Shown here: positions 30,981-45,844 of the stretch, one piece after another | How the letters are laid out: each line of letters opens with the position of its first letter | Position numbering within the stretch: the first letter of the stretch is position 1 | Source: Eledone cirrhosa | Taxonomy: Eukaryota | Reading direction: 5' to 3' | Assembly: GCA_964016885.1 (NCBI GenBank) | Contig: OZ024741.1 | Span: 343,728,001 to 343,792,000 of the forward strand | DNA length: 64,000 nt | Notes under the pieces: generated by a model | The model's database searches: none | The model's input: only the letters and a program-made list of their open reading frames with translations | Told to the model about the DNA's origin: nothing | Made by a program: the position numbers and the translations under genes

Positions 30981-31278
30981 CGTGTTAAAAATATAAATAT
31001 ATGTATGTATATACATTCAGCAAGTCATGGTCCAACTACACGCTATATAAAAGACAACATGGTACTGAAAGTATGTATAATAATATGCATCAACTTTCCC
31101 CACCTTAATGAGCGGAAACACTTCCTCAGACACAAAATATTTACCAGCAACATAATCTATTTCTTTTCAACAGACAGGTGAAAATGGGAAAAAGAAGGTA
31201 AAATAAAATAGCCTAGAGCCCCAAGGAAACTGTTTCCAAAGTTAAACATGGTCCAAATTATATATATGTATAGATGTA

Positions 31279-31363
<85 letters not shown>

Positions 31364-31643
31364 ACACATAGTTTTTACAAATTTAGTCAAAGGTGAGTTT
31401 GAGTGAGTCGCCACTCGAGGCCTCACGTTCGTGATCTCGAGGTGACTGATTATAAAATCTTTGAAGATTGTTTATGTGCACAGTGTCTTGAGCTTTCCAC
31501 TCCTCACTGTAAACAACTTGGCGGGAAACTATGAGATCCCTGTCATTGTAATTCATACACACGCAATGATATATATATACGCAACTGTTATAGAAACACG
31601 TGTCAATAAATTCCTTTCAACTAAACTGTATCCATTCAAATCT

Positions 31644-31714
<71 letters not shown>

Positions 31715-31845
31715 TACATACATATATATGTATTGATCTATGTATACAAAAATAGACTGAAATATCTAAACATATCTATATACATAAAGTGTTAGTGTAT
31801 TTATATATATATATACATTTAGGAAAATCTGCTTCGTAGAATCGA

Positions 31846-31940
31846 GACGTATCCGAGGACCGCGCGATTTCAGTGTCAGGTTCGATCATCACATCGATCA
31901 TGCCTCGAACTGGTCGCCCGAGAAACAATTGTAATACGTC
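31846..31940 (+). ncRNA. Hammerhead-like motif with CCGAGGA core and long (~60 nt) stem II region
   Basis: Perfect 7-bp stem I gacgtat/atacgtc; GAAAC-AATT-GTA; stem II gcgat..cagt / actg.gtcgc. Confidence 0.7.
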
Positions 31941-32129
31941 CATCAAATTCCTTTCGTCGCAACACTGATACTGTTTTTTTTCTGTGATATATATACATAT
32001 ATATATGTATATGCGTGAAGCCTTATATAGGCAAGTTCCTACACACACGCACACACACACTCACGAACACACACACATATATAAATATATGTATATAAGA
32101 ATATTTTCGAAACAGCGAGTGGATTTGAA

Positions 32130-32355
32130 ATTATTAGAAATGTTAGCTATCGCCGTATTTTGACTAAAGAAATTATTTAGCCTGATAGTGGGGTTAAGAA
32201 CCCTCGGAGAAATGGAAAAAGATGAGTATTGACGTACATGTACGTCAATACTCATCTTTTTCCATTCTCCGAGGGTTCTTAACCCCACTATCAGGCTAAA
32301 TAATTTCTTAAATTTGTTTAGTAAAAATACGGCGAAAGCTAACATTTCTAATAAT
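32130..32355. repeat. Spacer-less fold-back, ~110-bp arms
   Basis: Centre gacgtaca|tgtacgtc at 32238/32239; outer ends attattagaaatgttagc / gctaacatttctaataat. Confidence 0.85.
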
Positions 32356-32916
32356 ATATATGTATATGTTTGCTCACTTATGCGTGTATGTGTGAGAGTG
32401 TGCGTGTACGTCTGTAAGTCTGTGTATATATATATATATGTGTGAGTATGTGTCTGTGTTACTGTGTGTAGCATAGCGCACTGGTGCTTTGGGCTGCTAG
32501 CTACTATAATTAGTCGCCTTATTTCAACACGGACATTCCTCCATTCCCAATTTCTTTCTTGTAAAATACCACTAAAAACACCAAACAAACAAACATTACA
32601 ATGAGTTAGCAAAAAAAAAAATATATATATATATAGAAGTAAATAAAATTAAAAAAATTATAAAAAGTAAATAATAGAAATGGATAAATGAACGAATGGA
32701 AGAAAATGGAATCTGATACATAAAACAAAAAAATTCTGTTCTTCATTCCAAGCATCGTCTTCCTTTTATGGTATTTCTTACAGAACGAATATCGCCTTTA
32801 GCTGGGTTTGACCCTGAAAATCGATAGTCGCATCTGCATATAGTCTTAAATACTTAGTGTCACCTTCCTTATGTAAGTCTCTTCTTCTTCTTCTTCTAGC
32901 TTCCTCTCTGTAAAGA

Positions 32917-34402
32917 CCACCACCACCTCAGCCGCTGCCAACACCACCTCCACCACCACCATTATCATCACCATTACCGATACCTCCATCACCTTCATTT
33001 ATCAATATCAGCACCACCACCACCCTCATTATCACCATCACCGATACTTCCATCACCATCATTTATCAATATCACCACCACCACCAGCACCAGCACCACC
33101 ATCATCACCGACACCTCAACCGCCACCATCATTTCTACCATTATCAAAACCACCATCACCACCAACAACAACAACGTTATGACGACGACGGTCACCCCAT
33201 CATCACCTACATCACCTCACAATCGACCCCCACCATCACCTTTATTCTCGCCCGCACCACCACCATCGTCATCAACACTAGCACCGCCATCACTACCACC
33301 ATCATCATTGCTACCCACACCAACAACACCAACACCAACACCACCACTACAGCCACCACCACCACCACCACAACCACCACTACAACCCCAACCACCAATA
33401 CAACTACCACCACCACCACCAATACAACCACCACCACCACTCCAACACTACAACCACCACTACAACCACAATCACCACCACCACCATCAACACCACCACT
33501 CCAATACTACAACCACTACTACAACCACAACCACCACCACCAGTACAACCACCACTAAAACCACAACCACCACCACAACCACCAACTCCAACACCAGCAC
33601 CACCACCACCACTACAACTACAACCACCAATACAATCACCAATACAACCACCATTACAACCACCACTAGAACTACCAAAACCACCACCACTACAACCACA
33701 ACCACCACTACAACCGCTACTACAACCACAACCACTACTACAACCACCACTACAACCACCACTACAACCACAACCACCACTACAACCACCACTACAACCA
33801 CCATTACAACCATCCTACAACCACCACTAGAACTACCACAACCACCACCACTACATCCACAACCACCACTACTAAACACCACCACCACAACAACCACCGA
33901 CACCACCACCACAACCACCACCACAACCACCACCACACAACCACCACCACCACAACCACCACCACAACCACCACCATCAACCACCGCCACTACCACAATC
34001 ACCAGCACTCCAACACTAGAACCACCACCACCACCACCATCACAACCACCACCACCACAACCATCACAACCATCACCACCACCAACAACACAACCACCAC
34101 CACCACCACCACAACGAGCACAAGCACCACCACCACCAACAACACAACCACCACCACCACCATCACAACCACCACCACCACAACCATAACAACCACCACC
34201 ACCACCACCACCACCATCACAACCACCACCGCCACAACCATCACAATCACCACCACCACCAACAACACAACCACCACCACCACCACCATCACAACCACCA
34301 CCACCACCACAACAACAACATCACAACCACCACCACCAACAACAACACAACCACCACCACCACCATCACAACCACCACCACCACCACCACCACCACACCA
34401 CC
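32917..34402. repeat. ~1.5-kb degenerate (CCA/ACA/CTA)n trinucleotide tract
   Basis: Continuous accaccacaacc low-complexity sequence. Confidence 0.9.
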
Positions 34403-34518
34403 GCTTTTCTTTCCTTTTTCTCTTTTTCTTTTTTATTCTGTTTTCTTCTATCTCTTATATCACTATCATTCTTTCTTTGTTTCTTTGTTTCTTTCTGTCT
34501 TTCTTTCTGCCCCCCCCC

Positions 34519-34566
<48 letters not shown>

Positions 34567-35200
34567 CTTCTCACACACATATATGTGATGGCGTGTGTGT
34601 GCATGTGCATGTGTGAGTGTGTGCATGTGTATATCGTTGGATTTTTCTTTCTGTGTTCCTTCTTTCTTTCTCTTTCCCTTCCCTCTTTCTCTCACTCTCT
34701 CTCTCTCTCTTGCTCTATACACATACATATATGTGTGTGCATCTGCATACGTGTGTGTATGTGTGTGTACATCTGTGGGCGAGTGTGTGTGTGTGTGTCT
34801 GTGTGTAATTGAGTGTGTTTGTATGCGCGTGTGCATGTGTGGGTGGGTGTGTATGTGTGAGTGTGTGCATGTGTGTGTGTGTGTGTGTGTTGGACCTCCG
34901 TCAATCCGATGACGAGTGTTCAGTTGATCCGATCAGCCTGATCCGGACATTTACATGGATTTCACTGAACATTCCATAATCATGTTTACCTGAAAATCGG
35001 GGAAACGGGTTGTGGCCTGGTTTGGGAATCTGGTCCCTGAAGATTATTCCGGATTAATCCCTGAAGATTATTCATATGGAAAGATATGTTTCCAGTTCCT
35101 CAGAGAAATAATAACACAATCAGGAGCTGGACATATCGATGTATTGACAGTAAAATACACTTAAACAACATGTGCACCTGTCTCTACCACATAACTTCGG

Positions 35201-35255
35201 ACTGCCTGAAGACGTCACAGCCAATGATGGCTGTCACTGAAATATATATAGCAGT
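35201..35255 (+). ncRNA. Minimal type I hammerhead ribozyme, intact core
   Basis: actgc-CTGAAGA-cgtcacagcca-atga-tggctgtcact-GAAA-T-ATAT-A-TA-gcagt. Downstream tail resembles 14965-15068. Confidence 0.88.
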
Positions 35256-35404
35256 ATATCTATAATTTATAATAAAACGAAGACAAATTTCACCAATTTG
35301 ACTTAATTATTTTACATTACTCCTGAGTCAACAAACCAACCTGTGTACTTCGTCGAGTGCTCCAATCTGCATACTGAGATGTTGGTAAACAACCAGCATA
35401 TACT

Positions 35405-35439
<35 letters not shown>

Positions 35440-35520
35440 TTATTAAAATAACAGATTAAAGTTTAAGCATATATACAGTGATATTAAATAAATGGAAACT
35501 ATATTTATAAAACCATATTT

Positions 35521-35579
35521 ATTCTATTATATATATTTCAAGGGTACCAAAACTTTGGTAAGCTTTCGTCAGATAACAT
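35521..35579 (-). ncRNA. Hammerhead ribozyme of the same family as 20168-20231
   Basis: atgttat-CTGACGA-aagcttaccaaa..tttggtaccctt-GAAA-TATATA-TA-atagaat. Confidence 0.75.
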
Positions 35580-35658
35580 TCAAAGTTTCTTTTATAAATT
35601 TTGACATGACCAAGAAAAGATACCTTAACTGTTCAGGTTTTTGGAAAAACTTGAACCG

Positions 35659-35708
<50 letters not shown>

Positions 35709-35802
35709 ATAATAATAAATTTGAAGACTAAAATCCAAAGACGGCTCGATAAGGATAAATATATATCAAATATGTAAGAACTGTAGAGCATATATATATA
35801 TG

Positions 35803-35898
<96 letters not shown>

Positions 35899-35928
35899 AG
35901 AGAATAGAGGTGTAACACACAAGTTATT

Positions 35929-36335
35929 ATATATTGGTAAACGGAATAGAAGATGCTGACAAATTGTTCACAGTTGAAAAATGGTTTCATTAGGAATAAA
36001 AGAGTATTAGTGATTGTATAGGTTAGTATTCAGTTGTGGTTTTAAGTTTTTAAGTTTTTACCGGTTGCGCATTTCTAAATGCTTTTCAAAAATAATTTTG
36101 AGATAGAGTGTCCGTGCTGTTTGCTCTGATCTGTTTGCTCAGATCAGAGCAAACAGCACGGACACTCTATCTCAAAATTATTTTTGAAAAGCATTTAGAA
36201 ATGCGCAACCGGTAAAAACTTAAAAACTTAAAACCACAACTGAATACTAGCCCATACAATCACTAATACTCTTTTATTCCTAATTAAACCATTTTTCAAC
36301 TGTGAACAATTTGTCAGCATTTTCTATTCCGTTTA

Positions 36336-36342
<7 letters not shown>
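35929..36342. mobile_element. ORF-less fold-back, ~200-bp arms, with HHR-like motifs at 36056-36092 (-) and 36181-36217 (+)
   Basis: Arms nearly identical. Motif ttt-TTGAAAA-gcatt-taga-aatgc-GCAA-CCGG-TA-aaa; GAAA is changed to GCAA in both arms. Confidence 0.8.
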
Positions 36343-36409
<67 letters not shown>

Positions 36410-36431
36410 TATATGTAGACATATATATATA

Positions 36432-37041
36432 TGGTGGCTGCCAAGTCGTTTTCGAGAACGGCCACTACTTTATATCCATGTAGGAGGACCCCTACCGATG
36501 CACTGAACGTGTGTGACGTTTTAGTCCAGCCAGCAACTTGAAAACTCTGGTACAAACACTACACTTGTGACAATTATTGACACATAGTGCTGGGCCCATG
36601 GTACCATGTGACGACAAGTGCAGAGAGATCTCCAGACATAAAGCAATTCCTGTGCCGTGCAGCTTTTATAGTGAGCAAAGGCACTGCACAAAGCCAGTCC
36701 CACTCTCTTAACCAAGATGATATTTACCAAAAAGAAGAACAAGTCAACATCATTAGATACCATCAGGGTTGCAGGTGTTATATCAGAGTTTTCCTTCTCC
36801 TAGAATTCTGCCTTGACAAAGGCTAAGGGGTCATCTCTCCCAGTGATTTTGGATGGCCATTGACTCTTAAGAGCTCCTTTGCCCTTTGACAGGTTTTGTT
36901 TTTAGTCCTGCAGGATGTCCAAAGTCACCCTCCTCACCAAGAAACCTTGGTAGGGTAGCCAGTTTAATCGCCAACGACCCGACCATGAGACAGGTTGTAC
37001 TGGGATACATGTTACCAGTAACACCAACTGGTGACCTGACA
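36432..37041 (-). mobile_element. ~610-bp non-coding repeat, copy 3
   Basis: Matches the reverse complement of 2921-3530. Confidence 0.8.
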
Positions 37042-37068
37042 TAAATATATATATATACACATATATAT

Positions 37069-37130
<62 letters not shown>

Positions 37131-37497
37131 ACACACAGACACACACACACACACACACATACATGTATACACATATATACATACACATACATACATACAT
37201 ACACACATATATATACACATATATATACACACATATATATGCACACATACATATACATATATACACATACATGTACACACACACATATATACATATATAT
37301 ATATACATATATATATACATATATATACGTAAATATATATACATATATATACATATATATATATATACACACATACACAGACACATATATACATATATTT
37401 GCTGAATTCCAACAAACTAAATATAACCTCTGCATATATATATACATACATATATATACCCATATATACACATCCACACCCATACATATATACACAT

Positions 37498-37528
<31 letters not shown>

Positions 37529-37767
37529 TATACATATACATACACATACACACATATACATACACATATACATATATACATATATACATATATTTGTTGA
37601 ATCCCAACAAATTAAATATAACCTCTGCATGTATATATATATATATATAGACACACACACATACATATATATGCCCACATATACACATGTACACTCATAT
37701 ACACATATATATATACATATATACCTACACATACACATGTACACCCATATATATATACATATATACA

Positions 37768-38364
37768 TGATGGCTGCCAACTCGTTTTCGAGTACGGCCA
37801 GTACTTTATATCCATGTAGGAGAACCCCTATCGATGCGCTGAACGAGTGTGACTTTTTAGTCCAACCAGCGACTTGAAAACTCTGATACAAACACTACAC
37901 TTGTGACAGTTATTGACACATAGTGCTGGACCCATGGTACCATGTGACAAGTGCAGAGAGATCTCCAGATATAAAGCAATGCCTGTGTCGTGAAGCTTTT
38001 ATAGTGTGCAAAGGCACTGCACAAAGCCAATCCCACTCTCTTAACCAAGATGATATTTACCAAAAAGAATAACAAGTCAACATCATTGGATACCATCAGG
38101 TTTGAAGGTGTTATATCAGAGTTTTCCTTCTAGAATTCTGCCTTGACAAAGGCTAAGGGGGTCATCTCTCCCGGTGATTTTGGATGGCCATTGACTCTTA
38201 AGAGCTCTTTTGCCCTTTGACAGGTTTTGTTTTTAGTCCTGCAGGATGTCCAAAGTCACCCTCCTCACCACGAAACCTTGGTGGCGTTGCCAGTTTAGTT
38301 GCCAAGCATGAGACAGGTTGTACTGGGATACATGTTACCAGTAGCACCAACTGGTGACCTGACA
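37768..38364 (-). mobile_element. ~610-bp non-coding repeat, copy 4
   Basis: Matches the reverse complement of 2921-3530 with small deletions. Confidence 0.8.
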
Positions 38365-38414
38365 TAATATATATGTATGTATATATATATATACATTCAT
38401 ATATATATACACAA

Positions 38415-38471
<57 letters not shown>

Positions 38472-38829
38472 TATGAATACGTACATACATATATGTATAC
38501 AGACGTACAGTAGTATATATATATACATACATGCACACATATATATATGTACGTGAGGATTAACCAAACATTTAATATAATGCTCGGTGTGTTTGTAAAC
38601 AAACATCCCGTATTAAGCCGCAGTGTCTAGCAACCACCGTTGCAGGTTTGTTCAACACTGACAAAGGAACGCTGTACTAGTTTCAAGCTTGTTAGCTATT
38701 ATCAGCAACGTATACCTTCCTGCCAGATTGTTTAACGTCCGAAAGTATATACTTTCCTTATCTATATTAACAGCTGAGTAGCCCAATTTGCATATCGAGT
38801 GGGTTAATCGGCCGGGTGCACCGAAAACG

Positions 38830-39336
38830 ATAAACGGAAAAAATGAAACGAAATTTCATTTCCCACTCTTAGTACGGTTGTTACTTAAATATAAGTATGT
38901 ATACGTACATACATATATATATACAGACGTACAGTAGTATGTATATATATATACATATATATATACATACATGCGCACACATATATATGTACGTGTGGAT
39001 TCACCAAACATTTATTATAATGCTCGGTGTGTTTATAAACAAACATCCCGTATTAAGCCGCAGTGTCTAGCAACCACCGTTGCTCGTTTGTTCAACACTG
39101 ACAACGATGGTTGCTGGACACTACGGCTTAATACGGGATGTTTGTTTACAAACACACCAAGCATTATAATAAATGTTTGGTGAATCCACACGTACATATA
39201 TATATGTGTGCATGTATGTATATATATATACATACTACTGTACGTCTGTATACATATATGTATGTACGTATACATACTTATATTTAAGTAACAGCCGTAC
39301 TAAGAGTGGGAAATGAAATTTCGTTTCATTTTTTCC

Positions 39337-39342
<6 letters not shown>
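38830..39342. repeat. Fold-back with ~250-bp arms, plus a third direct copy at ~38467-38665
   Basis: taaacggaaaaaatgaaacgaaatttc... vs ...gaaatttcgtttcattttttccgttta. Confidence 0.8.
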
Positions 39343-39393
<51 letters not shown>

Positions 39394-39427
39394 TATATAC
39401 ATATATACATATATATTCATATATATA

Positions 39428-39630
39428 TCTATATATATAAAACTGTCTGTCTGTCTGTCTGTGTGTCCTCATTTGTGCATAGTCTATACAAATCCACATT
39501 TCTACTCCGATTGACTTCAAACTTGCATTTCTATATTCCTTGCGGTCTAAAGATACTAACTGCAGCTTTTATTTTTCAATTTTCTGTCGTTAAAAGTGTG
39601 TTATCGATTTCCGTCGAGCCCTTATAATAT
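39428..39630 (+). mobile_element. Possible 5' end of a Helitron-like non-autonomous element
   Basis: A|TCTATATATATAAAA followed by (GTCT)n and ccgattgacttcaaacttg; no adjacent 3' end found. Confidence 0.45.
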
Positions 39631-39683
39631 CTGTCTGTATATCTGCTTGTCTGCATAACGACATTCTGACGAACATGTCATTG

Positions 39684-39792
<109 letters not shown>

Positions 39793-40287
39793 TAAAGAGA
39801 GAAGGGATGGTGTAGAGAGAGTGAGATAAGCCGTTATACAGAGAGAGGAACAAGATATTCAGATAGAGAGAGAGAGAATGGCGACGAACGCTGGTTCACA
39901 CACCACACACACACACAAACAGATATATATATATATATAAACAGAGAGAGAGGCGGGGGGGTATCTGCGTGTTCTTTATTGTTCTTCATTCTGTAGAGGA
40001 AGAGAGCGGGAGGGGGTATGAGTGAGAGAGAGAGAGAGAGCGAGAGAGCGAGAGAAAGAGAGAGAGAAGGTATAAGAAAAAAGGGAGAGAGGGGTTGAGA
40101 AAGAAAAAAAGAGAGTGAGGAACTAACTTTTATTTATTTATCTATTCTTTACACATTGCTCAACTCTCTCCTTTCCTCAACCTTCTTTCTCGTCTCTTTC
40201 TCTCTTTCACAGTAGACATAGTGTGACTGTGTGTGTTATATATATTTATATCTGCACACACACACAAAAGACGCATCTCTCTCTCTC

Positions 40288-40356
<69 letters not shown>

Positions 40357-40425
40357 AAAAAAAGATGAAATCGAAAATGCAACTGGAGTCTTATTTTTAA
40401 AAAAAATATATATATTTATTTGGTT

Positions 40426-40463
40426 CCTTTACCGGTTTCGCAGTTCTTCTGCTTTTCAAAAGT
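40426..40463 (-). ncRNA. HHR variant with TTGAAAA core (U3-A8); mirror copy 44460-44497 (+) has TTGAAAT
   Basis: ctt-TTGAAAA-gcag-aagaa-ctgc-GAAA-CCGG-TA-aag. Confidence 0.7.
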
Positions 40464-41149
40464 AGAGTTGAGATGGAGGGTCTGTTATTTTTCTCACATC
40501 TGGTTGGTCTCTGAATGTTACTTGTTTTATATGGAAAAAGTGGCTCGAAATGCCAGATTTTTCGAGAAGTAATTTGATTGGTTGGTCAATAATTATAATA
40601 AATTTCGCGCCAGTTGGCGTTACAAAGTTCTTCCAACAAGGGGGTGGGGGTCACAGGTTGTTTTTTCATATATGAGTGTTTGAATTTCTTTTTACTTAAA
40701 AAAATATATGCACAACAAATAACAAAAAAAGTAACAAAACGTCCAACATACCCCCAGCAAAACTATAACGATGATCCCTGAAACCATAGACAAAACTATA
40801 ACCCTACTATCAAAAACCGATGATCCCCGAACACAAGGCAGGATTCGATCCACAGATCACAACCCACACAAAACCTATTCCAAAACCGTAGCCCCCTGCC
40901 CACACAGAGCGTGTTCCAAAACCGTAGATCCCAACCCACACAAAGGAACAAAATCTACAACCCGGACAATCAACAAACCGAACCTCAATACGTCCGAATC
41001 TTCTATACAAGACCACACAACAACAGGGGAAATACCATTGGATATAATAATACCATTGAAAAAACATTCCAGAAAAATTATTTTTTAGACCAAGGCTACA
41101 GGACCCACGACACCCTGTCGCACAAAGCGATTTTGAAAAACCGAAAATA

Positions 41150-43378
41150 ATGAACCTTTCAAATACAAACCTCTCAGCCCAACAAGTAAACATTTTCTCC
41201 AAAGGATTGAAATTCACACCAACACTACAATACTCTAACCCCAATGAGATAAATGACGATATCTCACACTTCTGTAGAAAATTACGTCTCACAGAGGAAT
41301 TCTTTGACAAGGAGAATAACGACGAATCAATTGTACGGAATAAAAGCAGCTACAACCCAACAAAAAGTAGAAACAGAGTTCTGGACAAAGTTTGTGACCA
41401 CATAGCTACTTTCCCATACCATGAACTACCGCAACCTAAACCCAAACCCAACACGAGTCGAAGGGAATGGGAGATTATCCATGAACAATACGGACATTAT
41501 AATTAAGGAAGCGGACAAGGGATGTACTGTTGTCATGATGGAGGCTGAAAAATATAAAAATTCTATGTTATCTCTCTTACAAAATACTAATTACAATGAA
41601 AGAGTAAAAAACTACAAGCAATCAAAAACAATGACCAGATTAAACAGACTGATTTATCGATACCAGGAAGACCTAACAAAAAAGGAACGCCATTATTTAA
41701 TACATTTTGAATACAAAACCAGCAACCTTTACGGACTTCCGAAGATCCACAAGTGTAAAATAATTAACGATGCCTGTAAACAATCCACCTCAGCCTGCGT
41801 GAACACACAATACCCCACATACCTTAAATTAAGACCAATTGTAGCAGGCCCACAATGTGAAACACATAGACTGAGCAACTTTATAGACATACTACTAAAA
41901 CCAATTCTCAAACACATACCAAGCCTTGTAAGAGACGATCTGGACCTCTTAAACCACCTCCCAAAAACTGTCAACAACGACACTATTATTGTGTCTTTCG
42001 ATGTAGTGAATCTCTACACAACGATCCCACACCAATACGGACTAGAAGCAATAGGATTCTGGCTAGAGAAATATCCCAATGAGATACCTGACAGAATAGA
42101 AAAAAGGCTTCGTCACCGAGGGATTAAAATTCATCTCACAGAAGAACTTTTTTGATTTCGATGGCAGTACTTACAAGCACATATCGGGGACTGCGATGGG
42201 TACAAAAGCCGCTCCAACTTATGCCAACTTATTCATGGCATACTTAGAAGTCCAGATATATGAACAGTCCAAATCAAAATACGGATTGAACTTCCACAAA
42301 TATTTATCAGAGAATTGGAAACGCTACTTGGATGATTGTCTCATTCTTTGGTCCCACACACTCGACCAACTGAAGGATTTCAAAAACTTAATAAATGGCA
42401 TTAATAACCACATCCAATTCACAATGGAATACAGCCAAGATCAACTCCCATTTCAGGACATCTTAATCTTAAAAAATACACAAATATTGAAACTGACATA
42501 CACTACAAATCAACAGATTCCAAAAATACCTGCTATTCACCTCCAACCATCCAAAGCACACGAAGACGAACATTCCTTTTAACATTGCAAGAAGAATTTG
42601 CACAATTATCTCCAATTATGAAACGCGAAATAAAAGACTTCAAGAATTAAAGGAAATTCTACTCGAAAGAGAGTACCCACCATTACTAATAGATAATGGA
42701 ATAGAAAGGGCTAAAGCAATAGGCATTGATGAATTACGAAAACAGAAACAAATTCAAGGTACGTCCCATATTCTATCATATATCTCAATACACAACCCAA
42801 GAAATGCGGAAGCTGACAACACTATTCACAAGAACACCCCACTACTAAAACAAAACCCAAGAATGAAAAAAGCCCTTGAAACACACAAAATAATCAAAAG
42901 CAAACGTCAACCGAAATCACTGAAAACATTACTCACCAATGCCAAATTACCTACCACAAACCCACAACCAACTGTCAAAAAATGTGGTCGCTCTAATTGT
43001 GGAACTTGCACTCACCTCATTGAAGGCAACACGTATACAATTAAATCAGGACAACATTTTACTGTAAAAAATCACTTCACTTGCTCATCAAAAAATCTAC
43101 TTTATGCCATTAAATGTAAAGGATGCAATAAAGATTATATAGGACAAACTAAACTCACACTCAGAAACAGAATGACAGTTCATCGCCAACAATTACGAGA
43201 TCCAACCACAAGACAGATACCACTAAGCGCACATCTAGACATATGTGCAAGTAATAAGACACCCAAATTCCAAGTCTTCCCATTTTACCTTTGCGCTAAC
43301 AATACAACAGAACAAATACGAATAAATAAGTAAAATATGTTTATTCAAAAATATAGACCAGCATTAAATATGGTTTAA
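41150..43378 (+). pseudogene. Frameshifted PLE RT + zinc-finger linker + GIY-YIG endonuclease
   Basis: NLS..LS....KGLKFTP, IKEADKG, YGLPKIHK, LRPIVAG, FDVVNLYT, AMGTKAAPTYANLFM, RYLDD, KCGRSNCGTC, LYAIKC..C..DYIGQT. Confidence 0.92.
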
Positions 43379-43847
43379 TATACATTATGTCAACACCATA
43401 ACATGCTAACCATCCAAACAGACACATATACACACACATAACATCTTCTACTTTAGAAAATAAAAACCCGAACTAAATAAACCTTAACATACGTTTGCAC
43501 TGACAATACAACAGAACAAATACGAATAAGTAAGGAAAATATGTTCATTCAAAAATATTCCTACTAAAGGAATCATTTTCCTACACACACACACAATATA
43601 TATATATTCTCTTCATCTTAACATGCTAACCATACTCTCACACACATAATAACCCCCACCCCCACACACACAACTCCCTCCCCCATTTCTACTAATAGAA
43701 TCCCTTTCCTACACAGATATATACACACACACAAAAGATATATATTCTCTCCATCTTAACATACTCCCGCACACACACACACATAACACCCATATATATA
43801 CACACACACAACTCCCTCCCCCATTTCTACTAATAGAATCATCTTCC

Positions 43848-43928
<81 letters not shown>

Positions 43929-45059
43929 GCACACAAGTAAAAATAAACATCTTTACTTTCTTTACTTCAATAGAAAATCTGAATTCTGACACCCCAGCGA
44001 ACTAACCCTATTCACTGAACCAGAACAATTCTCCCATCCAATTTCTCTTGACCATTATATTTTGCTTGTCAAAAAATTCTCTAAATAGGCTACAGAATAG
44101 ATTTCCAAATAAGGGCGCGAAAATTTAAATGAAAACTTGTTCACGTGACAACCATAATTTCATTTATAGCCAATCAAATTACGTTTATTAAAAAAAAGCC
44201 TTCGTGAGCCCCCTTTTTTTAAGTAAAAAGAAATTCAAACACTCATATATGAAAAAAAAACAACCTGTGACATCCAACCCCCCTCGTTTGAAGAACTTTG
44301 TAACGCGAACTGGCGCGAAATTTATTATAATTATTGACCAACCAATCAAATTACTTCTTGAAAAATCTGGCATTTCGAGCCACTTGTTCCATATAAAACA
44401 AGTAACATTCAGAGACCAACCAGATGTGAGATAAACCACAGACCCTCCATCTCAACTTTACTTTTGAAATGCAGAAGAACTGCGAAACCGGTAAAGGAAC
44501 CAAATAAATATATATATTTAAAAAAAAATAAAACTCCAGTTGCATCTTCGATTTCATCTTTTTTTCTTTATACTTTCACTCGTGTAGGACACATTGGTTA
44601 TTTTTCATTTTGTAAAAAAAACCTCACGTTCTAATATATATATATATATATTTGTTATAAGAACAGATTAAAGTTTAAGCAAAGAATCGCTGATTTCAAC
44701 ATTAACGGGATCTTTTGAAACTAAAAAATTCAATCTGTGAACGCAGAAGTAAATATTTCGAGAAACATTGCAACCGAAGGAAAAGAGGAAGACAAGATTT
44801 TGGTTCGTGAAGACGTTCCCCGGCAAGGAACGGAAAACAAGCGAGGATAATACGTCGTTCTGTGGACCGAAAAGAACAATTTCATGAAAGACAAAACCAA
44901 GTTTATGGTATAAAGGAGGCGTTAGACTAATATTCTATTTAAAATAAACGAATGATTTCCAGCCCCGGAGTTTAAGGATGATATAAATAAAATTGTAAAC
45001 GAAAATGACAGGTTATTAAAAAAGTAAAAGTAAATAGTGAAGATTTAGGCCAATACATA

Positions 45060-45555
45060 CGTCTGCACCGACGGACATACCCATACATATACATACGCAC
45101 GCACAAATACATACACATACACAAACGAACGCGTGTGTTTAAACCTTATGCATTTCTACAGCATTTTCACCAAACTTAAGACATAGGTTACTTATGTACT
45201 CCGAATGGTCATGGACAGTTTCATTTTTCCTGATATTGATTATAGGGCCTCCCGGCAGATAACCCCCTTTAACCCCTTTCTTGGAAGCAGTGCAATACAA
45301 CAAAACGTCATAACTTCTGGAGTTCGCAACCGATTTTCACAAAACTTGACACATGGGCTACGTTTGTTCTGCAGATGAATGGGAACTCTCAGAATTGGCA
45401 CATGTTGAGTAGGGGACCCGGGCGCAGGAACCCCTTTTTGGGAAAAGCGATTGATTTTGTAAAAGAATAGTTTTTGAAGCAGGCCAGAAGTATTGACAAA
45501 AATGGTATACATAACTGCTATTTAATACCCGAGCAACGCCGGATAACTCTGCTAG
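45060..45555 (+). mobile_element. Helitron-like non-autonomous element (3' end clear, 5' end uncertain)
   Basis: 3' cccgagcaacgccgga hairpin, then tctgCTAG|T at 45552-45555; internal accgattttcacaaaacttg motif. Confidence 0.6.
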
Positions 45556-45618
45556 TATATATATATATATATACATACATATATACATATATACATATAT
45601 ATACATATATACATATAC

Positions 45619-45741
<123 letters not shown>

Positions 45742-45780
45742 TATATATATAAATATATATAAAAATATATATATATATAT

Positions 45781-45844
45781 ATACTATTAATAATGAGTTC
45801 AAAACTCAGGACTGCCTGAGTTTTGAACTCATTATTAATAGTAT
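45781..45844. repeat. Perfect 30-bp-arm hairpin directly after (TA)n
   Basis: atactattaataatgagttcaaaactcagg-actg-cctgagttttgaactcattattaatagtat. Confidence 0.85.

Larger units (their letters stand above)
40350..44632 (+). mobile_element. Near-full-length Neptune-type Penelope-like element with inverted 5' pLTR arm
   Basis: 40350-40705 is the reverse complement of ~44215-44572; tail 44573-44632; (TA)n on both sides. Confidence 0.9.

Noticed and set aside
33179-34189. 336-aa Pro/Thr-rich ORF resembling a mucin or extensin
   Set aside because: It is the translation of a degenerate CCA/ACA trinucleotide tract that cannot contain stops; there is no signal peptide or unique domain.
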